A stretch of 64,000 bases of DNA from Takakia lepidozioides (Eukaryota; Plantae; Bryophyta), in contig CM060733.1 in assembly GCA_030704615.1 (NCBI GenBank), forward strand, positions 61,380,001-61,444,000. The letters run 5' to 3'. Made by a program: the position numbers and the translations under genes. Below the pieces are notes generated by a model. The model was given only the letters and a program-made list of their open reading frames with translations, did no database searches and was not told the DNA's origin. Below, one piece after another: positions 38,645 through 52,289 of this stretch (the stretch's first letter is position 1; every line of letters begins with the position of its first letter).

Positions 38645-40689
38645 GTGGTGAACCTCCACTGGACAGTGGAGGTTACTGTCCTAGGAGTTTTGTATGGTTG
38701 TTATGATATGTGTCTGACGACAGAGGTGGTTTGTTCAGTGGATAGCAACATCACCCCCAGGGATTGTATTGTTGGAATGTGCAAACCTATCTGTGGTTCA
38801 TTTGTTTCTAAAAAATCTCCGAATTTCAAGAATGATCACCTGGTAATTTTTGAGCTCAACCCGGAGATCACAGAATGGGGCATTGTACCCATTGGAACAC
38901 CTCCGGACCATAAGTTCCAGTTCCACTACAAGATTGGTGCAGAGGTCGCCGAGCTCAAATATGCAGATGTGGTCGACGTAGAGCTGGAGATGGAGGTGGA
39001 ATTTCCGATGCTGGTAATGTTCATGATGGAAGATGGTAGATTTCCCAGAACGTTTGGCTTCAAACTGGAGGTACGAATTCTAAGGAAGGCCATGATGAGA
39101 TAGTCCATTCGGGCGGGTTTCACATATTGCGACGAGGGTATTCAATTTACAGATAAAGGGTTTTGCATGGCTTGGGGTATTTTCTTGGATGTGCTTTACT
39201 TAAAGGGTAAGGAGATTGCAAAGACGCGAGAGGAGGAGGCTGCAAGAGCGCGGCCAAAGAAGAGAAAACGAAAATCCATTGACGCCGGTGGTGATGAGAA
39301 TGAAGCCGAGACATCAGGGGGAAAGAAGAAACAAAAGGAGGAGATGGATCCCGCTTTCATGACAGATAACAAGAAACCCAAGGCTGCAGCCATATTCGAC
39401 AAAGAGATGTGTGAGAAGATGTAGGAGAGGTTGGAGCAAGACTACAAGGACATGTTTCCTTTTGGGTTTGAGGCGACCCAGGACGTCAAAGTTTCAATGA
39501 TGGAGCTTGCTCCCAGGGATATGGTGTACAGGCCCCTAAATGTGAAGCACAAAGACGAAGTCAAAGCGCGTCTTTACCAGCTCCGGGTGCTCGACTCCAA
39601 ACATCCAGTTTATTTGATTCCCGCAAACCCCGAGAAGCCTATGGAGGTTTCTAGTTCGAAACCTCGAAACTGGAAGGAGGTGGAAAATTCCAGATTCTTC
39701 GTCATCGGTGGACAACACACGATCATTGCTGCCAAGGTATATTTCTCAACAAATTCCAATTTTTGTAACAACATGGAGGTTCATGAACTTTAAACAACAT
39801 GCTTGTTAGGTCGATATCATTTATGACCTTATTCAATTCTGTCGCAGGAACTTGTGCAAGACGTGGACGACGACAATCTTAAGAAGTACTACACTGACTA
39901 GCCCTCAAAGATTATATGGTCAAAGGATCTGATCAGTCTCGTGAAGCTATCTAAGCTCCTAAACGACCCGAAGACGTATGGAACCTGTGGGACGAAGTGT
40001 TCAAACAGTGGGAACAAGGAAAGCTTATTGATATTTTCGGGATCCAGTGCAAGGGTGAACAGCTACCACTGAATAAAACCGCTATCGCGAAACTGCAAGG
40101 ACTTAATAGCAGACAGTTGAAAAGAGTGGCGGAGAAAATCCAGAACAGAGACATTTGCATTCGGGGAACAAAATTCAAGGGCGCGGACAAATCCAAAAAC
40201 ACAATGAACGCTTATATTGACCAAATGAAATTGTGACGGTTTATTATCGACGATGTAATGGAAGTCTTAGGGTGGCCTTGGAGGAGCAAACAGAACCCGG
40301 AACCGTATACCAAACAAGAGTGGCGTGATGTGAAAAAAAAATACAACTTCAACAAAGCTGAGTTTGAAACTTTTCGAGATCGGCTCGGGAACGACTACAT
40401 TGTAAGCAAACAGAAGATGAATATGGAGACGCAGCCAATGACTGTTGCCTTCAAGAAGTATGTCTTGTCGTGCAAGCATACCTTTGAGGATAACCAGAAT
40501 GCCCTGGCGATTCTACGTACGAGCTTCAGGTCCCATTACACACAGCTGGGGGGAAACCAAAAATTTGTTGATGCCAGATCACGGTTGGGACTTGCACCGA
40601 AGAAACGGTTCAACGACATATCGATGGTGTTCGTCAATACCACTAGAAGCATTCGTGTCATTTACCACTGGGGTAACGACTCATTTTGA
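38645..40689 (+). pseudogene. Decayed multi-exon accessory gene with a ParB/Srx-like motif
   Basis: Collinear ORF pieces with an NLS-like RPKKRKRK and YRPLN...FFVIGGQHTIIAAK (similar to the ParB-like GxH motif); GT-AG intron about 39737-39847; several stops. Confidence 0.45.
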
Positions 40690-41480
40690 GTCGTAAAAGT
40701 AAAAAAACTGGGATCGACTGGAAGTTACAACAGACCAGTTACAACAGACGTGGTAGTTGGGTTGGACATCCAATGATTGGAGTGGTAAAGGACGCAGACG
40801 CGCGAACAACTGCTCAGCGATTAATGCGATTAATGCTGAAGAACCATGTGGCGTAACCAGCGGGCCGCCCGTGTGTCTGACCTTTTGGGCTGACTTTGAC
40901 TTTTCCCTCCGGATGAGTGGACCGACTCACTGAAGTGCGGTGACACATGGACGACGATGTGGATGCCGACGTGGCGGCGCCACGACGAGCACCACTGCTG
41001 CCACGTGGCCACAGTCCCGGGGCGCCACGTGGTAGTAGACCACATAACTTGCAATGCTACATGCCCAGTGGCAATTGCGACTGCGGAAGTTGGCGCAACC
41101 ACTGCTTTACTACTTTACATGAATTGCTCAAAATTACTTGAACAATCATTCATAGTGATTCATGCTTTGGAGTTTTGGTGTTTGTAGTGAGTCGACTAGT
41201 AATGCCATACAAGAGAACTAATCATGCATTAGAAATGCACAAACGATGAAAGACATGCCATGAAACAAAATGAAATGAAAATGAATGAAATGAAACAAAA
41301 TGTTACTTTATTACATCTGCGGAAAGCTCAAAGAGCTTATGGGACAAAATGAAAAACACAAAGTAAAAAAGCAACCCAAAAGCTACTGCTGCTCTGGGGA
41401 TTGCCTAAGGGTCAAGGCCTCGTGCAAGTCAAGCAGTTCTGATCCTCATAATGCAAGACTTCAGCGAGTTCCACGGAATA

Positions 41481-42560
41481 GACCATCTACCCATGGAGGT
41501 TTCTTGTAGTTATTGATCCACAGGGAATCATACGTAATCTTGTGCTTGAAATTTGGCCCTCTAGGATGAATCTGGACCACACTCTATCCCTGCTCCTTCA
41601 GCTATCCATGCCCCTACACAAATCATGCATTCATCCTTGCCTTGCTGCTAGTAGCTGACAATGACAACCTACATTTGTTCTAGAAACACCCAACTCAGCT
41701 TATCACACTAGTTTCTATGCTCAATTGCATCTGCTACTCTCTGAAATGTAGCAGGCATTCACCTTTTTGCCTCGGTTGTCCCATCATTGACTGGGGCAGA
41801 AAAATATTCATTCCACAGCTTCTCCTCATGTCTGTTACTTGTTTTTTTGATACTTTCCTGTTGTCACACAGCAGTATCATGTAAAAGTCACTCCAAACTA
41901 GATTCACTCAACCAGTTAACTTGCATAATTCAACATGGAAATTTTTGGACCGATTCTAATAAGAGGGAAAAACAGGGTGAAATGTGCTGAAGAAGATGCC
42001 TTCATTAACAATGTCTGATTTTATCAATTGTGCCGTTGCTGCCAGTTGACCATCTACCCATGCAGGTTTCTTGTAGCTTCATAGTTAATCTGGAGCTTGA
42101 AGTCTGGCCCTCTTGGGTGAATCTGCACCCACACTCTATCCTTGCTCCTTCAACTATCCATGCCTTGCACGAATCATGCATACAACCTTGCCTTGTTGCT
42201 AGCAGTTGACGATGACAGCCTAGACTTGTTCTAGGAAACACCCAACTCAACTTATCACACTAGTTCCTACGCTCAATTGCATCTGCTACTCACTATAATC
42301 CAACAAACATTCACCTTCTTGCCTCGATTGTCCCACCATTGATTGGGGTCAGAAAAATATTCATTCCACAACTTCTCCTCGTCTGTGTTACCTGTTTCTG
42401 ATACTTTCCTGTTGTCACATTGGCAGAATCATGTCAAAGTCACTCCAAACTATCAAAGCTTCACTCAACCAGCTAACTTGCAGAATTCAGACATGAATAA
42501 TTAGGGGCGATTCTGATAAGAGGGAAAAACAAGGTGAAATTGAAGAAGGTGCCTTCATTA
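41481..42560. repeat. Tandem duplication of about 530-570 bp (41481-42007 / 42049-42560)
   Basis: Both copies start GACCATCTACCCATG and end GAAGRTGCCTTCATTA. Confidence 0.85.
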
Positions 42561-42574
42561 GCAGTCATTACACT

Positions 42575-42725
42575 CTATCCTTCGCTCAGCCATATTGTTG
42601 AACACTCCCTGTCCACAAGGGTATTGAGAATGACATCTGCCACAATTCCAGCTTTGACGATGCAACCATGGACCTCTTTGCCCTTCCCCAGCAGGCTCGC
42701 ACATGCAGTACAAACGCAAACAACT
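42575..42725 (-). pseudogene. PLS-class PPR fragment
   Basis: VCVCTACASLLGKGKEVHGCIVKAGIVADVILNTLVD is an L-type PPR motif; near-identical to 46560-46710 in inverted orientation. Confidence 0.75.
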
Positions 42726-45700
42726 GGTTGTGGCAAACTGAGAGCAATATGTGTCAGAAGAAACCACTTATACAAATCTACAGCTTACAGGCTGTCTCTA
42801 TCCTCAAAATTGGCAGCACATCACCCGCTGCTATGACATATATTGCCCTAGACACACATTGCCCTAACTGCCATCCCCCAAGATGCTACCCCCACCAGAC
42901 TTCTCTCACTTGGGTCCTTGCAAGGCTGACTTCCAGCTTTGACTCTGTGCATAGGGCCTATCGGACAACATACACCAGCAAGCCCTCCCCCTATCCTGCA
43001 TCAACTCATCTCAGTCTTATCAACTGCACAACGTATGATGGGAGTGAGTGCAACATGGGAAAAGAGCCACAACACATGATGAGCTGTAGGGAAGAAGCAA
43101 CATCGTGCAAAAAGCAAACGTGAAGCAGAAAAACGAGGCAACATGGAGAAGGGAAAATGGGTCAAGGCTGAGAAGGTCAACTGGTCAACAATGAGGAACT
43201 GGCTCTGGAGCACTATGTTGATGATTAAAGGGAGCAGCAAATACATTGGGGCATCGCAGCAAAGTGCATGCCAACGAGGGTCAGAATAGTGCAAGAAAGA
43301 CTCCACGGATGGTGGGCAGCCAAGGGAGATGCAGTGAGACAAGGCACTCATGGCAAGGGAGCTGCCAAGACAAAACTGTTGATTAGGCTACGGAGAAAAA
43401 GGAAAGCACAAGATCAACTACGAGGAAAAGTAGCAATTCAAGCATGGGAGCTGTTGCTAAAACATGAGGAGGAAGACATACGAGGTGAAGCATCAAGGGA
43501 ACCAGTAGGAGATGAGGAAGATGGAGCACACTTTCTTGTCAAAGGTTGGCGGCGAAGCATGCAACCCAGCAATCAGAAAGTGAGGCACCCGAGGCTGGAC
43601 TGCTGCAAAGAGGTACAAAAACAGGAGCTGAGAATGAGATGTTGCCTTTCGTTGAAGTTCCCCACACAAGGGCTGTTTGGCAAGCAAAAACCCCAGGCAA
43701 GGATGAGAGGTGAATCTGGGATAAAACCAGCAGCTGGAGTGAGGAAAGACACAAGGAAGGGCAGCAATACCTTGTCAAATCTGAGGGTGATGGCTGGAGA
43801 AAATTAAACAAGGACTGGAAGTATGGGAGCAGCAATCGCATGAAGAAAAATTTGCCTGAGAGTGAAAGGGAAGAAGACAGGCACCTTGCTTATGAAAAGT
43901 GGAAGGGCAGGGTAGAAAACCTGATGCCTGAAATTGGGAGCTGACTCTAGAAGACTCCAATCAGCTGTTGCCAACAATCGGACAGTGGAAGATCGCCCTT
44001 GGCTGGCGCAACACCACAAAATAGTGCAGCCCTGATAGCATGGTGAGTGGGGCACCAACAGAGCCAGAAATATGATGAGAAGGGGAGACTTCCGTGCCAA
44101 AAAGTCAATGCGGGCCTGCAGTGGCATGCAAGAAAACACCGTAAGTGTTGCCAACAGATGTAAATCAGTGCTCATTCATTCGAAAGCACCACGGAATGAA
44201 GGAAAAACACCTGCAGGGACGTTAAGCATAAAAGAGGATGAGAGCACTTCACTTGGGAAGAAAGTGAAGCATTGGAGAACAAGGCTGATGACTGGCAGTC
44301 TGAAAAGGAAAGGCGGTTGTGGGAAACCCTGCCAAGACCCAAGACAACCATATAGAAAGAATCAAGCAGATGGGAACTGCCCTTCATTGGGGTGGTGCAA
44401 ACAAGAGCACGACCAGAAGCTGAACCACATGAGAAGATAGTGTGTCATCACAGATGGAGACCCTGGAAAATGCTCTGCCCAGGAGATGAAGAACATTAGG
44501 CAACTAGAAACGTGGGGGGCTGAATATGCTCTGCAGTCAACTTGGCTTGTTGAATGCTTGCATAAGAGATGAGGGGTTGTTGTCAGTACACGACATTGAG
44601 TTCATCAAATCCTACAACAGCCCACCATCGCTACCCACTGCTTACAAACTGCCACAAAAACAGTTTCACAGGACTTACAGATGATTGGTGGAAGGCAAGG
44701 CCCCTCGCCATGGGCCAGATTAATTGTATGTTGCAGCCCAGAACAACGACGGGAAGTCATCTAGGGCAGCAAACCCCATCTTGGCAGCGTCTTTTGTGTG
44801 AGAGAAGTCAAGCTGAACCTGCTCATCATATCGAGTGGGATGGACCAGATGTAAAGCTGCCAAGCCAACCACACTCATATTCGCACTCAAGCAACATAAG
44901 CTGGAGCCATTTTCAGATTATGAGTACCCGTGTTTTAAGAATACTCCTTCTTCAACTTGCGGTGAACGGGCAGAAAACTTCACAATGTGCAGCAGATTAA
45001 TGGACCAAGATGCGGAGCTGAATTGGGTATCCAGTTAGGCAATGCTAGTTTCAAAACCCCGTTCCATCCCTGCGTACCGACATGGCATGTCAGCATGCAT
45101 ATCAGCCCAAACTTATTACTCCGTGAGCCTTCTACTGCCGGAGTGTGCCCATTCAAACTGTACACTAGAAGCATTCGTGTCTTTTCCGAATCGACTGCAT
45201 GTCCAAAACCACTGAGGGAACAACTTTGAGATGTTTATTACTACTGCACAGTTGTAACGGATAAATTCACATTTCTAATGGCGGATAGAAGTTGCATCAA
45301 TGACTCCGCAGTCGGCACAATATTCGCGGCGATTTAATTCAATTACGTAAATTGTTTTTTTTTTAAAAACAGCAATTACAAGTGGTTTTAAGCACTAGAG
45401 AACGACTCTTAACAACTAGGCATTCATTGCACACCCTATTCAAAAATGGAATTTTTATAAGTGCTCCACATGGCTCATGACGTGGAATATTTTAATGTAT
45501 TTTAGGGCTTGTGTAGCTCATAGAGATTGTTCTAATCGTCGGATGTAAAATGATCTAAGGGTGGAAGAGTAACTTTGTCCTTTGCCTGAATTTGTCTAAG
45601 TGTTGGGAGAGGGATGGAGGCTTGAGAGAGAGACGAACAAGTGATGCGAGAAGGACGAAGACCAAATCGAGGCCCATGTCCTGTTGTTGCAAGCGTTTAT

Positions 45701-46009
45701 GGCGTCAAGGGCGCATTATGTGCAAATGTGGGCTCTTGGCTCCCCTTTGTACCATGATTTGGTATTCTTCCTGATAATCACAAGGTTCTTGGGGGAATCA
45801 GCTTGGTCTTAGCAACCCATATTTTAATCTCTGCCCGCTCAGCTGCACCGTGGTGGTTCTTACGAACCAATCCCACATTACTTGACTAGAGATACAAACA
45901 GCACGCACAGGAGGTCTTCTTGGGTTCATGGTCAGTCTAATCCGCAATGGGTCATGACACAAGGTAGAGGACAATGTGGTGAGGGCACCTTCTTCTTCGA
46001 GCTATTTCA

Positions 46010-46880
46010 GCCTGTTTTGCCGAGATGTAGTATCGTGGAGTGCGATGCTTGCATGGTATGCACAGCAGGGACGTGGGATGGAGGCTTTGGAGACCTATGA
46101 AGTTGCGAAGGGAGAGTTTGATAACATGGCTGAACAAGATGTTGTCTCAAGGAACACGCTGAATCTCGCAAGATATGGCCAGCATGTGTGCGGGATGAGG
46201 GCATTGGAGACATATGAGCAAATGTTGAGAAGAGGTGCAGCCTGACCGGGTCATGTTCATTTGTGTTTGCAATGCATGTGCAAACCTGGCAGCCCTAGAG
46301 ACTTGGTAAAGGGCAAAGAGGTCCATCATGACATTGTCAAAGCTGGAACTGTACCAGATGTAACAATACCTCGTCGACATGTATGCCAAACGTGGGAGCA
46401 ATCCCTTGTGGACAAGGAGTGTTTAACAATATGGCTGAGCGAAATGTGGTGTGGTGGAACGTGTGATGATCGCAGGACATGCACAACATGGGCGGGGATT
46501 GCGGATTTTGGAGACCTATGAGCAAATGATGTGGGTCTAGGGGTGAAGCCCGAGCACATTACGTTTGTTTGTGTTTGTAGTGCATGTGCGAGCATGTTGG
46601 AGAAGGGCAAAGAGGTCCATGGTTGCATCGTCAAAGCTGGAATTGTGGTAGATGTCATTCTGAACATGAATACCCTTCTAGATAGGGAGTGTTCAACAAT
46701 ATGGCTGAGCGAAATGTGGTGTCGTGGAAAGTGATAATCGCAGGACATGCACAATAGGGGCGGGGATTGCAGGTTTTGGAGACCTATGAGCAGTTGATGT
46801 GGGAGGGGGTGAAGTCCGACCACATTACGTTCAGAGAGTTCAAATGCCTCTCCACCATGACCTTGCTTAGCTAACCATGC
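46010..46880 (+). pseudogene. Decayed, internally duplicated PLS-class PPR gene fragments
   Basis: RDVVSWSAMLAWYAQQGRGMEALETYE, MAEQDVVS, GVKPEHITFVCVCSACAS...GKEVHGCIVKAG; many frameshifts. Confidence 0.8.
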
Positions 46881-49364
46881 CTTGCTGATGTTGTTGTCTT
46901 GCACTTGAGCTGTTTTTGGACACTGGCTGGAACATCCACAAGGCGGCTCTGCTCGAGAGAGAAATCAGCTTGAATGCAGGGGCAGATTTTGAGATCACAA
47001 TCGCCACTCAGAACGTTGTTCTTTGGATGATGACTCTGTTGTCTTTGAGGCAAATGACTACTCCAATATCTTGGATGCTTTTGTGGCTCGGAAGTTCATG
47101 TCCAGTGCTTTTGTGTTTTTCTCGACACAAGAATCATCGGGAAATCTTGTGTCATACATCCGGAATGGCCCTGGATCAAAATGATTTATTATCCGACAGG
47201 ATTATTACATTCCCGGCGAGTTTGAATCACCTTACAAGAGCTGCACGACTGTATTCTCTCGGACGGTCCTCTGCCTCAACTATGTATTTTTGGCAACATC
47301 TGAGGAGATGGTGAATCCGGACGATCACATTCAAACTGTTTTGTTAACACCGGACCCAATTAATCCGTTATCCAAGGACCAGATGTAGACCCGACCTCGC
47401 AGGAAAATGAGTGCAGGACTTACACTCATGAGCTGAGGGCGGACACATATGATTACCTGGTTTTTTTTTTTTTTTTTTTTTTCAGGAACGGGATGTCTTG
47501 TGTGAACATTTTCGGAGGAGTGGCAATGACATACGTTCTGCTTGTAAGTGGTTTTGGAATTGTCTGTGTTTTCAGTTTGCCGGATTTAACTCTCGTGTTT
47601 TTTCTACGTTGTCGGAATATGGTGTTTAACCTGTGTCTGAATTTTCCATTTTGTTAACCTCCATTGGGCAGTGGAGGTTCATGTTATTGGAGTTCTCAAT
47701 GTTTTGGGTGTTTCTTATTCGGGAGTTTGGTGTGTTTGCTAGTTGTCTCAAAAGAAAACCTAACCCTTTCAATCTTTCGATGATTGCAGTTCGTCGGCTT
47801 TATTTTGATTTCATTGTTTGGTTTCATTGCAGGAAAGAAATATTCTTGTGCTTGACATAAACTATGTAATGAAAAAGAAATTTTGTAGAAGCAAGGTGGC
47901 GGCTTATTTCAAGACGCTCCAGATTGATAATTAGACTATTGCAGGAGACGGAGATGACGGAGATGACGGAGACTCACTGCAGGATGACGAAGGACACGAC
48001 AAGGATCATGACAAGGAAATGAAGGAGAAACAAGAAGAGGACGAGGAGGAGGAGAAAGACGAAATGAGAACATGGAAATCGTCACCGGAGACTAGGGGCA
48101 GATGCGACTAATGTGGGAAAAGGAAAGAGAGGGCCAGGAAATTTCTGGGTTGGCTAAACTAGGTAGTACTCCAAATACCCAAGAATGCGTTGCGCCACAA
48201 AGTGTACACAATCTCGACAGCTCTTCCTCCAGTTCCGATAACACCACGAATCAAAATCCGGCTTCTCCAGGGGGCCAAGAAGCGACATCGACGGAGTTAG
48301 TTGAAACCTTCGGTCAAGGGTTCACACCTGTGGAAGGTGACGAGCCATTGATTATGTCACCGGATCCCGTTAACAATCCTCGAGAGCTGGTGTCCCAGAA
48401 TGTCACCTAGGAAGTGGTTCTGGATGTAGGTAACGAATGACAATTAGTGAATTTTTATTCGTACACACTTCTGAATACAATATGACAATATTGTAATTAT
48501 ACATACTTGTGAGTGGCATAATCCGAATGTTTTTCCATATCCTTTGTTCTGGACTTTCGAATAAAACATATTTCCACCCGGATATATATTTCCGTTCGCA
48601 TACCTTTGTGGACAACCACTAACCGATTTGGATAACTTTTCTTGTAGATCCAAGAATCCCATTCGGAGAAAATGACATACACACAAAAAAGCTCAAAGGA
48701 GACTCAAACGGTGAAGAGACACGTGGATTTGACAATGAGGGCCAGGTCACCTAAGCTGGTTCCGCAAGTAACCTCCACTGTCCAGTCGACGTTGTCATCT
48801 ACAGGGAATGAGTCGGAGAATCCTCCTACTCGCGGGGAGGGAGAAGAGACAGAACACCACAAGCGCGTAATCCAACAACAGATCTCGATTCGGGTAAAAC
48901 ATTGGCTTTATTCTTATTACTCTTATTATGGGTCTTTCAGTCTCATCTTCGGTATTGCTCAATTCGGTAATTTTGTCGGATCAATTTAGACCACCATAAT
49001 CCTCATCCGTGGGATTCTTTAATTTCTTGTATATTCGTGAGACGACGTCTGAGGAGATCAAACACACACAGACCGACTCCAACGACACTGAGACGGTGAA
49101 GAGAAGAGTGGATCGGACAATCATTGTCGCTCTATCTGAGCCGGTCCTACAAGTAACCTCCACTGGACAGTCGAGGTTGCCATCTGGTGCCACAGAGAAG
49201 GAGGATAACGTTTCCCATAGAGATGGGAAAAATGAGGAGCAGCCCGCCCATGGATCTCAGCAGCCGCCCCAAAAAACGGTAATGCTTTCAACTCCATTTT
49301 TCCGTTTCTCTACTTTGGGATTTCTGAAATTGAAATTAATAATGAACTCTTCTATTATTCCACA

Positions 49365-50157
49365 GCACAACATGCATTACCCTCCAGTCGACTATTCCTT
49401 TTCTGTCAATCCAAACGATCTACATTCCCTTCCTTGGGGACCGAACGGATGCTTGCCAGGATACTACGTCCTGGTTCTGGACATCGGTTACCTTTGTGAG
49501 GTTTACCTAAAGGATGGAAAGAAAACCCCTCCTGCCACCCTGCCTTGTATCTCCGCAGGGAAATTCAAGTTAGCTACGCGAAACGATCTTGACGAATTCG
49601 TTAAGTGGGCCGTCAAAAAGTTTGCCGATTGTTTTTGGAACACTGGACTTAAAATGAACGTCGAGACTATCGCCAAGGCCGTGTTCGGGAAGTACTATTC
49701 CAAGGTCAGAACTTACAGTAGTGAGAATTCCGTCATGCATAGATCGACATTCAACGAAAAATGGCCTAAAGCTCCCAAAAATCCCATCTACTTTAAACGT
49801 CTTTACGACATTTTCGCTAAGGAAGTCCCAACAGCTTACAAATCCAATACTCTCCTCATCGACACTGTAGACAATATGTACAAGTCCTACTTGAACCCGT
49901 TAGGACATACCATCTTCCTTCCAAAATATAAGGCGCGCGTGGACCCTGACAGAGATAAATTTCTACTAGAAGAGCTCAAGCCTCACCTTAATATGTTCCG
50001 GTTATCAGGGATGGATGTCATGCCATTCAACGAGCTACATCCTTTCGGCGTTACGAAGGATTTATTCGAGGACGACCCAACGGTCAAATTTCTTAGAAAC
50101 TTTGATTATAGGTGGCTTAGCAAATCACGAGTTGCGTGCCGCTGCATTGGGACATAA
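49365..50157 (+). pseudogene. FCP1/SCP (NIF-type) HAD phosphatase-like domain 1, divergent
   Basis: VLVLDIGYL...RNDLDEFVKWAVKKF...FKRLYDIF...SNTLLIDTVDNMYKSYLNPLGHTIFLPKY matches the plant NIF pattern NTLLxDDSPYKxxxNPxxTxIFP. Confidence 0.6.
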
Positions 50158-50287
50158 AATATTTTAATTGAGTTTGGTGAACCTCGGCTGTCCAGTGGAC
50201 GTTCTTGTTCACTTGCCTGGTGTCGGTTTTTCCAATGCATTGTAATGTTCCTTTTTATCATCCTAAATATGAATGACTCTCTGACAG

Positions 50288-50439
50288 ATTAGAGCACTTG
50301 TTTATCCTCCTGCGCAAGGGTTGCGTTTGATTATTTTTGACGTGAATGGAGTCTTGTGCAAAATCTTGAAGTACCAGAAGAGCTATAATGTCCCCCGGTT
50401 TTCAGAATCGGACTACAGTATTCTAGCTCTTGTCGGGTT
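50288..50439 (+). pseudogene. NIF-type HAD domain 2, N-terminal part, interrupted by the Gypsy-like element
   Basis: LRLIIFDVNGVLCK (HAD motif I variant). It joins in frame to 61773 once the element and one TSD copy are removed (CTT GTC GGG TTC GGA = LVGFG). Confidence 0.75.
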
Positions 50440-50763
50440 TATCAAGTTATTTTACCACTAGTGTGAAACTAGCTAGGAAATAGCTATCTTTTACATATTG
50501 ACATTTGGGATTGGCCCAAGTGTCAAATCCAGGGGTCAAGGCAGATTTAGGCCCTGGAGTGGTTATCTTCACGGCAAGCGCGGGAGGCTCATCTTTCTCG
50601 AGTTGAGCCTCACCGCGCCTAGCTATGGCGCCGTAGTGTGGATTCCCCATGGCGTGGGGTGCACTTGGCTTGACTTGTATTTGAGTGATGAGGTTATATA
50701 TGCATGAGTTTATGCTTCAGCTTTGTGAGCTCGCATGAGCTTGTCTTGTATTCTTCTTTATCA
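50440..50763 (+). repeat. Terminal repeat A1
   Basis: Near-identical to 61258-61583 and to the reverse complement of 4209-4535; ends TTTATCA. Confidence 0.95.
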
Positions 50764-50775
50764 CTCGAGAAAGAT
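50763..50775 (+). promoter_or_regulatory. Putative self-priming primer-binding site
   Basis: ACTCGAGAAAGAT is the exact reverse complement of ATCTTTCTCGAGT at 50591-50603. No TGG-type tRNA PBS is present. Confidence 0.6.
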
Positions 50776-52289
50776 CAGCTCGTATCTATGAGTGCTAGAT
50801 ACGAGTTAGTTGTAGCACTTGTGGTTTTTGCTTGAGATTGAGAGAAACCAAGTTGTTATGCAAGGAGCACCATGAAGCTCTTGGTTGTTAGAAGCGGAGG
50901 CGATGTGGGTTACGAGGTGGTAGACCTTGGCATTCGATCTTCAGCTTCAGAGATGAAAGCACCATGCTGCAGGTAATTCCAGAGCACCTTGATGGTTTCA
51001 GATTGTGTACATGCATGAGCAAGCACGATTGGAAGAGGACCAGTCAAGAGCAGGTTATAGTGGCTTTGGTGGCAAAGCTGAGAACTGGACCTGGGAATGC
51101 GAGCTTTCATTGTGAAGGATTGCAAGACCAAGCGAAAGGGCTGATTTGGCTTGGGGCAAATCAATGCACTTTGTGGAGTATGGTGAGATTGGGTTTCAAT
51201 CTCGAGCTTCAGCATTGAGAGGGCTCTTGTCATGGCAAGAGCAGGGCTGGAACAGGAGCTAAGAGGTGCGGCAAGGCCATGGAATGTGCACCTAGGGTTT
51301 CAGAGCTTGGAAGAAGAGCTCTTGCACCACAAGAGAGTTCTTGTGGCTGGAGATGTAAGCCTTAGGGTTTCAGGAGCTTGGCAAAGGCTGTGGAGTGCTT
51401 AGTCTTGTCTTAGAGAGCATCAAGGAGCCAAGGAGCCAAGATAGGGGGCTGATATCTCTTGTGTGAAGAGGTTGCATGTGTGGAGCATGTATTCAGCTCA
51501 TTGAAGCTTCCATCTTCAAGCTTGGAGGGCAAGCAAGGAAGAGGGAAGGGCTGACTTCCCTTATGTGAGGGCAATGTTGTGTGGAGCATGCTATCAGCCT
51601 GGTGAAGGCTTGCACTTTTAGGTGTGGGAGTGCAAGAAGGAAGGAAGGGGCTGGTTTCCCTGTAGGGCATGTAGAGCATGCTTTCAGCCTGCTGAAGCTT
51701 GTATTTTCAGGTTTGTGGGTGCAAGAAATGAAGCAAAGGAGCTGATTCTCTTATGGTGAGAGTGGGGCATGTGTGGAGCATGCCTTCAGCCATTGAGGCT
51801 CTTGTTTTCAAGCTTAGAGAGCTAGAACGGAAGGTCTAGGGCTGGTTTCCACTTGGAGTGAAAGAAAAGCACTTGTAGGGCCTATGTGAGTTGGGGTTTC
51901 AACTTCAAGCTTGAAGGGAGCGCAACTCTTGAAGCAACAGGTGTAGAGGGCTGGAATAGGCTCTAAGACAGATGCTATGGCCAAGAGAGTGTGCTTGAAT
52001 GAGTGCTCACAAGGGCTGGGAACCAGCAGGGCTTGGTTGTTTGCCATTGAGTTTAGTGGCGTGTTTGGGGAGGCTAAGTGAGAAAGAAGGCTTGGTTTGT
52101 GGCAACCACCTCATGGCTTAGGGCTACTATGGTGGTGTGTGGGAGCCGAAAGAGCAAGGATACCTTGCTGATTTCCTCACAGCCACCATAGCTCGGTGGA
52201 AAGAAGCCTAGAGTCCAAGAGACACAAACCCTAGCTTGGCGTGGCTAAACCCCTTGGAGAAATGGCTAAACTGCCAGAGCGGCCATGTG

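Noticed and set aside
42860-44450. Possible LINE or DIRS remnant on minus
   Set aside because: Composition is suggestive but no diagnostic motif could be identified.
50440-50763. Hammerhead ribozyme in repeat A (retrozyme-like)
   Set aside because: No CTGANGA...GAAA core in the correct arrangement was found by eye; other ribozyme classes were not testable.
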